Part shown: positions 28,671 through 40,784 of the stretch, piece by piece
How positions within the stretch are numbered: position 1 is the stretch's first letter
How the letters are laid out: every line of letters starts with the position of its first letter
Origin: an uncultured Poribacteria bacterium
GTDB lineage: Bacteria > Poribacteria > WGA-4E > WGA-3G
Direction: 5' to 3'
DNA: 64,000 bases
Assembly (NCBI GenBank): GCA_951813565.1
Contig: OX638351.1
Coordinates: forward strand, 352,001 to 416,000
The notes under the pieces: model-generated
Told to the model about the DNA's origin: nothing
The model's input: the letters and a program-made list of their open reading frames with translations, nothing else
The model's database searches: none
Position numbers and translations under genes: made by a program

Positions 28671-30713
28671 TTAAGTGCCTATAAACGGTTTCATATCCCA
28701 GAGTAGAAGAGTGCCGTCATAACTGCTGCTTGCCAAAAGTGTGCCATCCGGTGAAAAGACTAAATCCTGCACATCCGATGTATGTCCCCAGAAAGTGTGG
28801 ATGTTTTCACCGGTAGCGACTTTCCACAACTGGATTGGTACTCTATCTGTTTTGCACCACCATGAACCGACAGCGAGATAGTGACCACTTGGGGAAAATG
28901 CAAGTGCGAAAGGTCTTCTACTGGTCTCAGGCAGCCGAATCACCATACGTATTTGCGAAGTATTTGCGTTCCACAATATAACTTCGTCTTCACGTCCACA
29001 GGCGATGACGGCACCGCAGGGAGAAAATGCTACAGCATGAAGAACTGGATCCAAACGTCGCTGATGTTTAGGATTTTCCGCTTCTTGGGTTTCTTGTGAC
29101 TCGCCTTTGTACAGAGGTGAAACGTCTAAAGTTTCTGGCAAGGGAAGCGTAGCAAGATGTTCACCGCTTTCCACATCCCAAACGCGCGCTTTATCGTTAT
29201 GAGAAATAGCGGCAACCTGCTTGCCATCAGGGTGAAATGACACTCTCTTATCTCCCATTCGCCATTGTGCTGCTCCTATGCATTCATTTTCATCTGGCGT
29301 AAGCGAATGTTGTTTTTCCCAACGCTTGGCATCCCATACAAAGAGTTCGCCTTTTTTTCCGGCACTGACAAGGTATTCACCGGTAGGTGAGAAGCTAAAC
29401 GAAATTACATGACTTTCATGCGCGGTGAGTTCAGCGATTAATTTTTCTGAGTCAATGTTCCAGACTTTGATGTTCCCGTCCCTTGTTTCAGCCGCTATAA
29501 GCTCATCAAATGGAGATAGCGCCACCGTCCTTCGTAAAGGAGAGCGTTCTTCGGTCAGGGTTGGGAATATCCGCTGGGTTTTCCTGCTCTCAATATTCCA
29601 AAAGACCTTACCTGCTGTACCCCAGTAACTACTGACCAATGTCTTGCTGTCCTGTGAGAATACTACCGAAAAGGCGTGCGGTTTATATTCAGGGAATAAC
29701 GCTACTCCAGAAGCGGATCCTGCTTTCCATACCTTCAGATTGCCGCTCGTGTTTGCAATTGCGAATTGCGTTGCGTCGGTTGAGAAACACGCTGCAGTCG
29801 TCGTTGTTCCGCGGGAGTCAAAGGTATCCAACTTTTCCTGCTGCGACACATCCCAAATCTGCACCTCGTTCTTGTGAATGTTGGCAATCCTCATTGTGCC
29901 ATCAGACGTATAGGCCAATCTTACCCTATTCCCATTATATGTAGTCGGAGTCATTACATGGGTTTTGTTGTGAATATCCCAGACCTGCACTTCATTGTCT
30001 AAGGTCGCAGTGGCAAGGTCCTGTCCGCAAGGGGAAAAGATGGCGGAATGCACTGGTGCAGTGTGTCCAGTGAGATGAGCAATCTGTTCGCCGGTGTCTA
30101 CGTCTGAAATCGTGACAGCGTCTATAGCGGTCACATACGCGAGCTGGTTACCGACAGGTGAAAAAGAGACAGGAAAACAACGGTCGCCATAATATCCTCT
30201 TAAGTAATCCTTTCTCTTTGCCTTTTCAATAGTGAAACTCATGATAGAGGTGTCGGTGTCTGTACGCCATGTATAGACAGCACTATGTGCGAAGCCTGAT
30301 GTAGCGAGATATTGTCCATCTTGCGAAAAGTGGAGATGTAAAAGGCTATCAAAGTTTCGAGTGCTTCCCCAATCTATTTTCGTAATGCACTGTCCGTTTT
30401 GTGTATCCCATACTTTAACAATGCCGTCTTGATCGCCGGTGGCGATCCATCGCATATCATGCGAGAAGGTAGCAACATTAAGCATCCCGCGCTCTGTGCC
30501 CCACAAAGCCCGAGGAGTCATTGTTGCCATGTCATATATCCAGAACCCGATTTTGGTTGCAACGGCAAGATATGCACCATCGCGCGAATATTCGACACCA
30601 AGTAGTGCCCCCTGTCCCAACCTACCAATTGCCCCTTCAGGTAGTTCCCATGTTGTTACATCCGTGTCGTCAATAGGTCTAAATGCAGGGGTTATAGGTT
30701 TTCTGTTTTCCAT
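28671..30713 (-). CDS. Cytoplasmic WD40-repeat protein
   Basis: WELPEGAIGRLG cap; WD repeats. Confidence 0.93.
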   Translation of the reverse strand: MENRKPITPAFRPIDDTDVTTWELPEGAIGRLGQGALLGVEYSRDGAYLAVATKIGFWIYDMATMTPRALWGTERGMLNVATFSHDMRWIATGDQDGIVKVWDTQNGQCITKIDWGSTRNFDSLLHLHFSQDGQYLATSGFAHSAVYTWRTDTDTSIMSFTIEKAKRKDYLRGYYGDRCFPVSFSPVGNQLAYVTAIDAVTISDVDTGEQIAHLTGHTAPVHSAIFSPCGQDLATATLDNEVQVWDIHNKTHVMTPTTYNGNRVRLAYTSDGTMRIANIHKNEVQIWDVSQQEKLDTFDSRGTTTTAACFSTDATQFAIANTSGNLKVWKAGSASGVALFPEYKPHAFSVVFSQDSKTLVSSYWGTAGKVFWNIESRKTQRIFPTLTEERSPLRRTVALSPFDELIAAETRDGNIKVWNIDSEKLIAELTAHESHVISFSFSPTGEYLVSAGKKGELFVWDAKRWEKQHSLTPDENECIGAAQWRMGDKRVSFHPDGKQVAAISHNDKARVWDVESGEHLATLPLPETLDVSPLYKGESQETQEAENPKHQRRLDPVLHAVAFSPCGAVIACGREDEVILWNANTSQIRMVIRLPETSRRPFALAFSPSGHYLAVGSWWCKTDRVPIQLWKVATGENIHTFWGHTSDVQDLVFSPDGTLLASSSYDGTLLLWDMKPFIGT

Positions 30714-30731
30714 AAAATATCTCCTTGTATT

Positions 30732-32720
30732 CTACAGATAAGGTTTCAGATCCCAGAGGTAAATCGCACCATCATGCCCACCGCTTGCGAGAACAGTGCA
30801 GTCCTGTGAAAATGCGAAGCACTGTACATCAGTGGTGTGTCCCCAGAACGTGGCGATATTCTCACCTGTTGCTATCTTCCACAAACGGATAGGCACTTTC
30901 TGCAAACCACCTTGCCACCATGAACCGGAAAGGAGGTACTCTCCACATGGTGAAAAACATAATGTAATCGGTCGCTGATTTCCTTCAGGTTGTGGAATTG
31001 TCATAAAGATTTTTCCATCTGTTGCATCCCACAACACTATTTCTCCCCACTGACCACCTGCAATTAAGTCTCCACGAGGTGAAAACGTTATTCCTCTGTC
31101 GAAACTTCGGTATTGTCTGGGGCCTGAAGGTGGTGCTAATGGCAGTTCTGTGATCTGTTCTCCTGCATCAACATCCCATAATCTGGCAGTTTTATCTCTT
31201 GATATACTCGCGAGTTGTTTTCCGTCAGGACTGAATGCTACCTCTTCAACATATTCCGTATGTCCAGTGAGACGTACATGCAATTTCCAATCTTCTTTTT
31301 TGTCTTTTTTGTTTGATGCAGATTTACACTTCCATACATAGATGTTATGATCTCTATCTGCGCGCGCTAATCGATCACTTGTTAGTGCAAATGCTTCAGT
31401 ACCTGTGATCGAAGTCAGTTTTTTCTCATGTATCGGAAGTTCTGCGATTGATTCACTATAGCCATTTTCCCACACTTTTAGGAAGTCTTCGTCTCCGCCA
31501 GTAGCGAATATTTTTCCATCAGAGGACAGATAAACATGAAGTGTTCTACTGGAGGGCAAATCTTCTCCGTTTGGACGTCGCGCGCACCTGCGGGAAACAT
31601 CCCAAAAGAGTGCTTTCCAACCCCAATATGTAGCCACAAGGGTCTTTTCGTCCTGTGCAAAGACTAATGAACTGACTGTGCGTGTATGTCCTTTAATGCT
31701 TGGAAGTAATTGAGCGACGGGTTCCTCTTTTGTCCAGAATTTGATTTCACCATCATCAGTATATGCCAATTGTGTACCACTATCCGAAAAACGGACAAAA
31801 TTATGTTTGCTCCCTTTTTCGAACGTCGCCATTTTTTCGTTTCTTTCTAAATCCCAGACTTCAATTTTGGGTTCAGATGGAAAAACCATAGTTGCAATCA
31901 ATCCACCTTCCGAGGGATAATGTGGTGTCATCCGTGCATCTCCATAGCCAGTATAGCTCGCTTCCAAACTTCCGTTTTCCACGTCCCACACATGAATTCT
32001 ACCTTCTGATCCACCGGCAGCAAGAAACCTTCCACACGAAGAAAAACAGAGATTACCCCATCTCTCGGACCATTCAAGACGAGAGATTTGTTCACCTGTT
32101 TTTACGCTCCACACTGCAATGTATTCAGCGGTACGGTTCTTATGATCATAACAAGTGCCTGCCAACAAACTCAAATCTGGAGAAAAGCAGGTGGGATAGA
32201 TGCCATTAATGGATTCGGTTTCTGTTTCACTTAATTTAATTTTTATTTCACTTATTTGCGTGCCGGTGCGCGGGCACCAAGCGTAAACCTTGTTATGCTC
32301 CTTATATGCAACGAGACGTTTTCCATCTTCAGAAAAAACAGGTTTGGAAAGTCCTCTACTATCCTGTTTCTCTCTAAATTCCATCTCAGCAATACAACTC
32401 TTGTTCTGGATGTCCCACACTCTGAGTGCTTGGAGATATGTATATGCCGCAATCCATTGACCATCGGGCGAAAATGTGACTTTATCAATATACCCTCTAT
32501 CCGTCTCCCAGAGCGCAATAGGAGAAAACGCGGGGTATTGGTAGATCCAAAGTCCCATAGTTGATCCAACAACGAAGTACTGTCCATCCGGTGAAAATTC
32601 CATATCCCGTACACTGCCCCGTCCCAATCGGGCAATTGCTCCTTCAGGAAGTTCCCATTTAGATACTTCGCTATCGTCAAAATTAAACGGAGTGGTTGTT
32701 TGTGTTTTTGCAGCTTCCAT
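30732..32720 (-). CDS. Cytoplasmic WD40-repeat protein
   Basis: RBS AGGAG before MEAAKT; WELPEGAIARLG cap; WD repeats. Confidence 0.93.
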   Translation of the reverse strand: MEAAKTQTTTPFNFDDSEVSKWELPEGAIARLGRGSVRDMEFSPDGQYFVVGSTMGLWIYQYPAFSPIALWETDRGYIDKVTFSPDGQWIAAYTYLQALRVWDIQNKSCIAEMEFREKQDSRGLSKPVFSEDGKRLVAYKEHNKVYAWCPRTGTQISEIKIKLSETETESINGIYPTCFSPDLSLLAGTCYDHKNRTAEYIAVWSVKTGEQISRLEWSERWGNLCFSSCGRFLAAGGSEGRIHVWDVENGSLEASYTGYGDARMTPHYPSEGGLIATMVFPSEPKIEVWDLERNEKMATFEKGSKHNFVRFSDSGTQLAYTDDGEIKFWTKEEPVAQLLPSIKGHTRTVSSLVFAQDEKTLVATYWGWKALFWDVSRRCARRPNGEDLPSSRTLHVYLSSDGKIFATGGDEDFLKVWENGYSESIAELPIHEKKLTSITGTEAFALTSDRLARADRDHNIYVWKCKSASNKKDKKEDWKLHVRLTGHTEYVEEVAFSPDGKQLASISRDKTARLWDVDAGEQITELPLAPPSGPRQYRSFDRGITFSPRGDLIAGGQWGEIVLWDATDGKIFMTIPQPEGNQRPITLCFSPCGEYLLSGSWWQGGLQKVPIRLWKIATGENIATFWGHTTDVQCFAFSQDCTVLASGGHDGAIYLWDLKPYL

Positions 32721-33226
32721 TAAATCTCCTTTGTACAATATTTTCTGTAGTCTATCTAAAAACAGTAAGCTTGATTTACGATACGCAGCGTTTATAGACG
32801 CACAATTCATTGTGCGTGATAGGTTGGATTAATACTGTGAAACCGGCAAATTTGGGATTTATCAGATACTTTCTAATAAAATAGACACGTCGAGGCACAG
32901 GCACCCCGCGCTGCAAATGAACAAGGAATGGGGTAGAAAGTTATTCTTTATGTTCAAAGTCAAATGAATAAGGTAATCAACTGAACGCTAATATCAGTAA
33001 CGCCGTGGAGGCGTGAATATAGTCAATAGGATTAAAAGTCTACTCGCAACTATACATATGTTCCCTATTGGGACACATTCGGTGCGATGAAACTAAACAC
33101 AAGTTGAAGATATTTCCTTATAGGTAGGATATTGTTGGGTGGATAATGACAAAACTATGCGAAACCTGATCAAATGTTGGTAGGATGTTAATTAATTTAA
33201 ATGATTGGAGAATTTAGGAAAAGAAA

Positions 33227-33300
33227 TGGGCTTACCTGGAATCGAACCAGGGACCTCGCGCTTATCAGGCGCGCGCTCTAACCTTCTGAGCTATAAGCCC
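33227..33300 (-). tRNA. tRNA-Ile(GAU), CCA not encoded
   Basis: GGGCTTATAGCTCAG...CT-GAT-AA...GGTTCGATTCC...TAAGCCCA cloverleaf. Confidence 0.96.
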
Positions 33301-33413
33301 CTGAGAGAAGTAAGAAAGTATGTTTTTTGAAAGTTAAATAGGAAGTCGTATATGCCTTGTAAAGTTTAGAGCGTAATGAACAAGGAGATTGTGTGAGAAT
33401 ACCCTTGTTATTG

Positions 33414-34973
<1,560 letters not shown>

Positions 34974-35050
34974 AGTATTGAAGTACATCTTCAAATAATT
35001 GAAGCGCACTCACAAGCTATATAATAGGCACGTCACGTTCACTATTTAAC

Positions 35051-35124
35051 TTTCAAAGAACAACTTTACCTTCCTGAAATTGAAAGGTAATCTTAATTAT
35101 ACACTTTAAAAAATGCTTTGTCAA
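35051..35124 (-). promoter_or_regulatory. rRNA promoter and boxA-like site
   Basis: Perfect TTGACA-N17-TATAAT (35124-35096), AT-rich upstream region, TGTTCTTTGAAA at 35062-35051. Confidence 0.88.
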
Positions 35125-35245
35125 ATAAAAATGTAAAAAAATGCATAATTTTGGCAAAATATATGCTTTTTAAGGAATCTAAGCGTTTTTACCGCTTTGC
35201 AAGCAGTATATGTGACTACATGTTCGCGATTTCTAACACATATCT

Positions 35246-35986
35246 TTAATCGTCTATTAACTCTGATCCGTCTATTGCCTCTGTCTCTGTTACAGTAGTT
35301 TCTATCTCGAAGCGCTTTACATCATCTCCTTCAAGCAGAGACGGGTCCAAATCCGAACCAACGACAACATGTACTGGACGACCGCCCTGAGCCTTTGCCT
35401 GATTGAGCAGTGTAAGAACACCCATTAATTGTCTGCGATTTTCCTGTTCCTCTTCAGGTAAAACCTGAATCCATGCTTCAAAAAGTGCTGTTAGATCGTC
35501 GAGTTCAACAGGACCTCCAGACATCTGCCGCAGTCTATCCATTATTGCGTCAACTTCGGATGATTGACCGTATTTCTCGGTGAGATGTGCTTGCGCTCTT
35601 TCAAAGTCTTCTTCTTTTGCATCTTCGTCAAGAAGTGATTTAACTTCTTCAGGGATTCCAAAAGCAGAAAGCAGTTGTGTCGGGTCAAATTCGGATTCAT
35701 CTGTTTTTTCAGCAGATGTTTCTTTATCTTTTATGATGTTATTCGGATCAGACTCAACTACAGGTTTTGGTTCAATCTCAATATTTTCGTTAACTGATTT
35801 TGGTAATAGTGTTGAATTAGATTTTTCGGATGCGGCTTCAGATGGCATAGTGGACTGCGGAGATACCCCAATTTCTGATTCGAAACGTTTGTAACTTCTC
35901 TGTGAGAAAAAATAGGTGCCTGCGAGAAGAAGAATGGCAATAATTACCATACCTCCAATTACTTTGAGATCGAGTTGTTTGAACAT
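35246..35986 (-). CDS. Membrane-anchored hypothetical protein
   Basis: RBS AGGAG, N-terminal TM, acidic helical domain. Confidence 0.8.
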   Translation of the reverse strand: MFKQLDLKVIGGMVIIAILLLAGTYFFSQRSYKRFESEIGVSPQSTMPSEAASEKSNSTLLPKSVNENIEIEPKPVVESDPNNIIKDKETSAEKTDESEFDPTQLLSAFGIPEEVKSLLDEDAKEEDFERAQAHLTEKYGQSSEVDAIMDRLRQMSGGPVELDDLTALFEAWIQVLPEEEQENRRQLMGVLTLLNQAKAQGGRPVHVVVGSDLDPSLLEGDDVKRFEIETTVTETEAIDGSELIDD

Positions 35987-36285
35987 TATCTCTCCTTTTC
36001 TTTACAGTGGTTAATTTGCGGTGGACACTTTTATGTTTGGTTTATGTGTCCTTGATGTACACCGAAGTACTGTAATCACACACTTAGCACACTAAAATGT
36101 TCCAAAATATTGTAGGTGTTTATTGGATAGTTTATACGACACCGCCACTGATGGCAGGAAGGAAATGAAGTTCAACGTTTGCGTCAACGCTTTCGTACAT
36201 GTCTATCCTGATGAAAACGTGTTGACGTAAATACCTATGTCTGATAAGTGCGATTATCTTTACACCTTCGCTTCATTGAAGTTTT

Positions 36286-37074
36286 TTATGGCCAATATGT
36301 TATGTTTTTTCCGGTTGTTTCTGATGCATCAACGTATTGAGCCAGATCACGCAACGCAATGACGGTACAGTTTCTGTCACGCAGATAATCCATGTAAGTC
36401 TTAAACATCTCGGGAGAGACATCAACCCACGGATGTTCAACGGCAGGCACACCGTGAAACGTTAGGACTGCGATCTTTCCGTCCTTAGCCTGTTCAACCG
36501 CCCAAACCAAATCCTCGATTTCGTAGTTCGGACCGGGCACACCTGTTGACGGGATGACTAACGGATGATGGACATCCGGATCGTAAGCTGGTCCACGCCC
36601 ACCTTCTAAATCATAGAGAAACTCCGGCCCAACACCCCGCCGTGCAAAACGATACCTTTTTTCTGTCAACACTTCTACCGCTTCTGGTCCGCGACTATCA
36701 CCAGGATAGCCAAACGTTTCAGGTACAGGGATACCGTATTCTTCACATCTTTTATCAATGTGTATCAAATCCGCAAGGAACTCTTCTTTCGATTGTGTGT
36801 TGATGTTCTTATGATGACGGGTGTGGTTACCGATCTCAAAACTCTCCTCGTGCAATTGACGGATCTCTTCCCATGTGACATAGTGATCTTTGTTGTTCAG
36901 AAAACCGAGACCTTCTGTAATGAAAAAAGTTGCCCCAAAACCGTAACGTTTTAACAGAGGTGCAACGTAAGTATAATCCGACTTGTTGCCATCGTCAAAG
37001 GTAAGGACAATCAACCCGTTAGGGATGGGTTGTAGTGCCTCATCTTGAGATAATTCTTGATTCTGTTTTTGCAT
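36286..37074 (-). CDS. Polysaccharide deacetylase (NodB/CE4)
   Basis: VLTFDDG, GNHTRHH, FGYPG, LTFHG motifs. Confidence 0.92.
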   Translation of the reverse strand: MQKQNQELSQDEALQPIPNGLIVLTFDDGNKSDYTYVAPLLKRYGFGATFFITEGLGFLNNKDHYVTWEEIRQLHEESFEIGNHTRHHKNINTQSKEEFLADLIHIDKRCEEYGIPVPETFGYPGDSRGPEAVEVLTEKRYRFARRGVGPEFLYDLEGGRGPAYDPDVHHPLVIPSTGVPGPNYEIEDLVWAVEQAKDGKIAVLTFHGVPAVEHPWVDVSPEMFKTYMDYLRDRNCTVIALRDLAQYVDASETTGKNITYWP

Positions 37075-37121
37075 TTTTACTCCTAACTATTTAGCTAAGA
37101 ACCTTGACACACTTATTCGCT

Positions 37122-37541
37122 TTACCAACGGCGATGCCCGGTTGAAATTAGAACGGAGATATTACTCGTTTCATCAAGCCATTGGTACCGCGTATATCCA
37201 TCGTGACGATCTTGAAGGGTAAAGGGATATAATAACTCCAATACATCTTTCCAAGACTGACGTGTAAGTTTCCATGTGAAATGGTTTTTAGTATCTGACA
37301 AAACTACTCCAAGCGTATTTAACAAAACTACTCCCAAATTTTGCTCTACAACTTGGGCTGATAGTTTACAACCGTCAACCGATGAGATAAAAGGCAAAGC
37401 GTGAATATCCACTGATGTTCCAGAAACCGAAACCATATCATGTAAAGCTTGGTATAGCTGTTCAGCCTCCCCTGGAACTGACGGCGAAAAAATTAATAAA
37501 GGACAATCTATAGACCCATCTGGTAAGAATTCAAGATACAT
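37122..37541 (-). CDS. Hypothetical protein
   Basis: RBS GGAGGAG before MYLEFLPDG; 139 aa. Confidence 0.7.
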   Translation of the reverse strand: MYLEFLPDGSIDCPLLIFSPSVPGEAEQLYQALHDMVSVSGTSVDIHALPFISSVDGCKLSAQVVEQNLGVVLLNTLGVVLSDTKNHFTWKLTRQSWKDVLELLYPFTLQDRHDGYTRYQWLDETSNISVLISTGHRRW

Positions 37542-37566
37542 AAACTCCTCCACAATGTGCAGAGGT

Positions 37567-37848
37567 TTAATGCGGAGTATCAGCAACACCGCCGCTAATA
37601 GCAGGGAGGAAATGGAGTTCTGCGTCTGCGTCAACGCGTGCGTGCATGCCTACTCTTGTGACAACCCCGTTGATATAAACACCGATGCTGGGATGGATAC
37701 GGTCACCATCGCAAAGTTTCGCTTTTGTTCCTGGATAACGGGCCTCCAAATTATCAATGACCTCGCGGATGGTGGTACCGGGGATTGTGACACTATCTTC
37801 ACCGTTTGTTAGGTTTCGCATGAGTGCTGGAATGGCGACAACTGGCAT
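37567..37848 (-). CDS. MoaD/ThiS-family sulfur carrier
   Basis: Beta-grasp pattern, LHFLPAISGG followed by VADTPH. Confidence 0.9.
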   Translation of the reverse strand: MPVVAIPALMRNLTNGEDSVTIPGTTIREVIDNLEARYPGTKAKLCDGDRIHPSIGVYINGVVTRVGMHARVDADAELHFLPAISGGVADTPH

Positions 37849-37867
37849 TGAGGTAATTCCTGATTTG

Positions 37868-37893
37868 GTAGGCGCGGTTGAAACCGCGCCTAC
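37868..37893. repeat. GTAG-type REP palindrome
   Basis: GTAGGCGCGGTT-GA-AACCGCGCCTAC. Confidence 0.75.
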
Positions 37894-37922
37894 AGATATG
37901 TAGAGATCAAGAATACGATGGC

Positions 37923-40178
37923 TTATATCTTGCCCATCGCTTTCAAGAGTCGGTCAGGTGACATCGGGAGCTCGGTCATGCGGATACCGACAGCATCATA
38001 AATGGCGTTGGCGATCGCAGCGGGTGGCGGAACAATCGGTACTTCACCGACACCACGTACACCGTAAGGGTGCCCCGGATTCGGGACCTCTACAATAACA
38101 GCATCAATCATCGGCAGGTCTAAGCAGGTTGGCATACGGTAATCAAGGAAACTGGCGTTTGTCATTGCGCCTTCGTCGTTGTAGATATATTCCTCATTCA
38201 ATGCCCAACCGATACCTTGTACAACACCACCTTGTATCTGTCCTTCAACGTAACTCGGATGGATGGCTTTGCCAGCATCTTGTGTTGCGGTGTAGCGCAG
38301 AATTTCAACCTTGCCGGTTTCTTCGTCCACTGCCACATCAACAACGTGGGTTGCAAATGCGCCACCAGCACCCGCGGGGTTCATCGTGGCTCTACCAATA
38401 ACGGGTCCCCCAGTTTCACCAAGCCGTGCAGATAGGTCTCGGAAACTAATCTGTTCCTCTTTACCGTTAATAGATGAGAATTCACCATCAGCGAACTGCA
38501 CATTAGCCTCATCAACATCCCAGAGTTTCGCTGCACGTTCAATCATCTGTCGGACAACATCTTGTGCTGCTTCATAGGCGGCATAGCCGGTCGCGTAAGT
38601 TGTACGACTTCCACCTGTCACAGCAGTGTAACCGATGGAATTGGTATCAACAACGGTTGGATTGACCGACTCGGCGGGGATTCCGAGAACTTCCGCTGCT
38701 TGCATCGCAATTGAAGCGCGCGTACCGCCGATGTCTGTAGAGCCTTCTACAAGGTTAACCGTGCCATCGGGATTAACATTAATTGTAACACTGGATTCCA
38801 AGCCGATGTTAAACCAGAAACCTGAAGCGACTCCGCGTCCATGATGTTTTTTGCCATTTGGCGCGGTGTAATGCGGATGTGATTTCGCTGCCTCGACTGT
38901 TTCTATGAAACCGATACGTGGGAAAACGGGTCCATCTGCACGGTGATCTCCCTCTTTTGCACCATTCATGAGACGAATCTCAAGTGGATCTATGTCTAAC
39001 TCTTCCGCGAGTTCGTCAATAACTGTTTCCGATCCGAAAGCTGCATTTGTGGCACCAGGCGCACGATAAGGGGCAGTTTTCGGTTTATTGACGACAACGT
39101 CATAACCATCAATCAGGACGTTTTCAGTGTTGTAAGGCGCGAAAATGCACATTGCCCCTGCGCCGACAGGCGAACCGGGATACGCGCCCGCTTCAAAAAC
39201 CATAGATGTCTGGGCAGCAGTGATTTTACCATCTTTGGTAGCACCCATCTTCACCGTGATATAAGATGCAGGTGTTGGTCCTGTGCCTTCAAATACGTCT
39301 GCGCGGTTCATTAAGACTTTGACCGGCTTGCCTGTTTTCTTCGCAAGCAGTGCGGCAACAGGTTTGATGTACACGTTGATCTTACCACCAAAGCCACCAC
39401 CGATTTCCAATGGAACAACCTTGATTTTGGAAATGGGATATTGCAAAATTTCAGCGAGTTGTTCGCGGACTGTAAATGCACCTTGCGTGCTACACCATAC
39501 CGTCAACTGCCCATCAGGATTGTAAAGTGCTGTTGCGTTATGTGGTTCAATATAACCTTGATGAACGGTACCTGTAACAAATTCGCGTTCAATAACCACA
39601 TCTGCCTCGTCAAAGCCTTTTTCAATATCACCTTTTTTGTGCTGGAGGTGGCTCGCGACGTTGCTCGGTTTGTCCCCTGTTTCACCAAGGGAAGATGTTC
39701 TCAAGTTCTCATGTAGGACAGGTGCATCTGGTTCCATTGCTGCGCGCACTTCTAACACAGGCGGCAGCACCTCATATTCAACATCAATGAGTTCGCATGC
39801 TTCTTCAGCAATGTGCGGATTCGTTGCAGCAACAGCGGCGATGGCGTGTCCCTTATAGAGCGCTTTATCGCTTGCCAAAATGTTATCGCAAAGATATTTG
39901 AGATTAACAGCACCTTCCCCAAGGTCTGCCATTTTGTCCTCTGCCGCGGGCAGGTCTTGTGCAGTAACGACACCTTTAACACCGGGGTGTGCTTCGGCAC
40001 GGCTTGTGTCGATTGAAACGATACGTGCGTGGGCATGTGGACTCCGTAGCACTCTACCGTGCAGGAGTCCGGTAATCTGAAAATCTGCTCCATAAATTGC
40101 CCTACCGGTGACTTTATCAACGCCGTCATGCCGGATGGGCCGAGTTCCGATAACTTTATATTCTTTCTTTTCAGACAT
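37923..40178 (-). CDS. Xanthine dehydrogenase-family molybdopterin-binding large subunit
   Basis: GGGFGGK, PYRAPG, GGSRT, RGVGE motifs. Confidence 0.95.
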   Translation of the reverse strand: MSEKKEYKVIGTRPIRHDGVDKVTGRAIYGADFQITGLLHGRVLRSPHAHARIVSIDTSRAEAHPGVKGVVTAQDLPAAEDKMADLGEGAVNLKYLCDNILASDKALYKGHAIAAVAATNPHIAEEACELIDVEYEVLPPVLEVRAAMEPDAPVLHENLRTSSLGETGDKPSNVASHLQHKKGDIEKGFDEADVVIEREFVTGTVHQGYIEPHNATALYNPDGQLTVWCSTQGAFTVREQLAEILQYPISKIKVVPLEIGGGFGGKINVYIKPVAALLAKKTGKPVKVLMNRADVFEGTGPTPASYITVKMGATKDGKITAAQTSMVFEAGAYPGSPVGAGAMCIFAPYNTENVLIDGYDVVVNKPKTAPYRAPGATNAAFGSETVIDELAEELDIDPLEIRLMNGAKEGDHRADGPVFPRIGFIETVEAAKSHPHYTAPNGKKHHGRGVASGFWFNIGLESSVTINVNPDGTVNLVEGSTDIGGTRASIAMQAAEVLGIPAESVNPTVVDTNSIGYTAVTGGSRTTYATGYAAYEAAQDVVRQMIERAAKLWDVDEANVQFADGEFSSINGKEEQISFRDLSARLGETGGPVIGRATMNPAGAGGAFATHVVDVAVDEETGKVEILRYTATQDAGKAIHPSYVEGQIQGGVVQGIGWALNEEYIYNDEGAMTNASFLDYRMPTCLDLPMIDAVIVEVPNPGHPYGVRGVGEVPIVPPPAAIANAIYDAVGIRMTELPMSPDRLLKAMGKI

Positions 40179-40191
40179 AGGGACGCTCCTT

Positions 40192-40662
40192 TTACGTAGC
40201 TGCGGCTGCATCAAGTACAGCGCGAACGATTTTATCATAACCGGTACAGCGGCATAAATTTCCAGCTAACCAGTATCGGACTTCGTGTTCTGTTGGGTTC
40301 GGGTTTTGATCAAGTAAGGCTTTTGCGCTCATAATAAAGCCAGGTGTGCAAATACCACACTGAAGCGCTGCGTTTTCAAGGAAGGCATCTTGAATCGGGT
40401 GTAATTTATCTGGATCAGCAAGTCCCTCAATGGTTTCGACAGATTTACCATCAGTTTCTACACCGAGGACAAGGCATGAATTGACAAGTCTACCATCAAG
40501 AATAACACTGCAGGCACCACAATTCCCGTTGTTGCATCCCTCTTTTGCGCCAGTGAGGTGGAGTTCGTCTCTGAGGACTTCCAGTAGACTTTGCCGAGGT
40601 TCGCAGAGAAATTCCACCGCTTCACCATTAATTGTGGTTTGAACGTGCGATTTTCTCGCCAT
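40192..40662 (-). CDS. Molybdenum hydroxylase 2Fe-2S small subunit
   Basis: GCNNGNCGAC, QCGICTPG, NLCRCTGY. Confidence 0.95.
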   Translation of the reverse strand: MARKSHVQTTINGEAVEFLCEPRQSLLEVLRDELHLTGAKEGCNNGNCGACSVILDGRLVNSCLVLGVETDGKSVETIEGLADPDKLHPIQDAFLENAALQCGICTPGFIMSAKALLDQNPNPTEHEVRYWLAGNLCRCTGYDKIVRAVLDAAAAT

Positions 40663-40784
40663 AGTATCGGTTCCTTTCGTATTTAGTAAGCCGGAAAAAC
40701 TTTTTCTTTCCGGTAGAGATATAAGGTAATAAATTCCGTTCCGATCTCCTAAAAAATAATCGGTTGGAAGGACAATTGGCAAAA

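Noticed and set aside
19030..32680. Many short antisense or alternate-frame ORFs in WD40 genes, some repeated
   Set aside because: Shadows of duplicated coding sequence with no independent start signals
33227..33300. tRNA-Ile as integration site for the WD40 array
   Set aside because: No duplicated tRNA 3' end and no integrase seen in the window
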